In this document: piece by piece, positions 63,747-64,000 of the stretch
Layout of the letters: each line of letters starts with the position of its first letter
Position numbering within the stretch: the first letter of the stretch is position 1
Assembly (NCBI GenBank): GCA_043228905.1
Contig: JBHGNT010000017.1
Coordinates: 496,001 to 560,000, forward strand
Direction of reading: 5' to 3'
Origin: Azolla caroliniana
Lineage: Eukaryota > Plantae > Polypodiophyta
DNA: 64,000 bases
Translations under genes and position numbers: made by a program
Notes under the pieces: generated by a model
Seen by the model: only the letters and a program-made list of their open reading frames with translations
The model's database searches: none
Told to the model about the DNA's origin: nothing

Positions 63747-64000
63747 ATGATTAAGCTCAAACGTCTCCTCAGCAGATCAGGCTCCTCCTCAACATCAAGC
63801 CTCTTTAATCACACCCCACAATCACTAATCCTGCCCACTCCTCCTCCTTCACATGACATAAACTCCACTAATCCTCAAGAAGAATACCATAACAAGTTTT
63901 GCAGCTTCATTAGGAAGGCCAAGTCCCCTGATCCCGCTCCTCTGATGGCCGGTCATTCTTCATCGATAACTAGTAAATCATCGTCGATTACTACTAAGTC
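63747..64000 (+). CDS. 5' part of an unidentified gene (ORF open to the window end), with a probable 5'-UTR intron 63027-63492
   Basis: GCCATG start; MIKLKRLLSRSGSSSTSSLFNHTPQSLILPTPPPSHD...SSSITTK with no stop. Donor AG|GTATGT at 63027; pyrimidine-rich acceptor TTTTCAG at 63492. Confidence 0.5.
   Translation, partial: MIKLKRLLSRSGSSSTSSLFNHTPQSLILPTPPPSHDINSTNPQEEYHNKFCSFIRKAKSPDPAPLMAGHSSSITSKSSSITTK

Overview
AT-rich land-plant nuclear DNA with spliced genes, microsatellites and one 100-N gap. A non-seed plant such as a fern is my guess only. Host genes: plastid-type serine hydroxymethyltransferase (+, 11 exons; its transit-peptide exon is duplicated and intron 1 holds an intact Ty1/copia), plastid 2Fe-2S ferredoxin-like gene (-), NodH/Stf0-like sulfotransferase with a GC-AG intron (-), PRK/uridine-kinase-family P-loop gene (-), intronless F-box/kelch gene (-), OVATE family protein (+), and the 5' end of an unidentified gene at the right edge. 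Mobile DNA: the copia, a solo LTR, an RPL39 retrocopy with a perfect 22-bp TSD, an L1-type LINE nested in a non-autonomous hAT element, a 330-bp truncated LINE relative, a SINE and gypsy debris. I found no convincing new biological system. The most notable points are the rearranged SHMT 5' end (partly a likely assembly artefact, including a SMART/PacBio-ULI adaptor 14-mer inside an LTR), the retrocopy/LINE/hAT nest, and the TAATCA-dense and self-complementary sequence around the OVATE gene. Exon coordinates were read by eye and need transcript confirmation.
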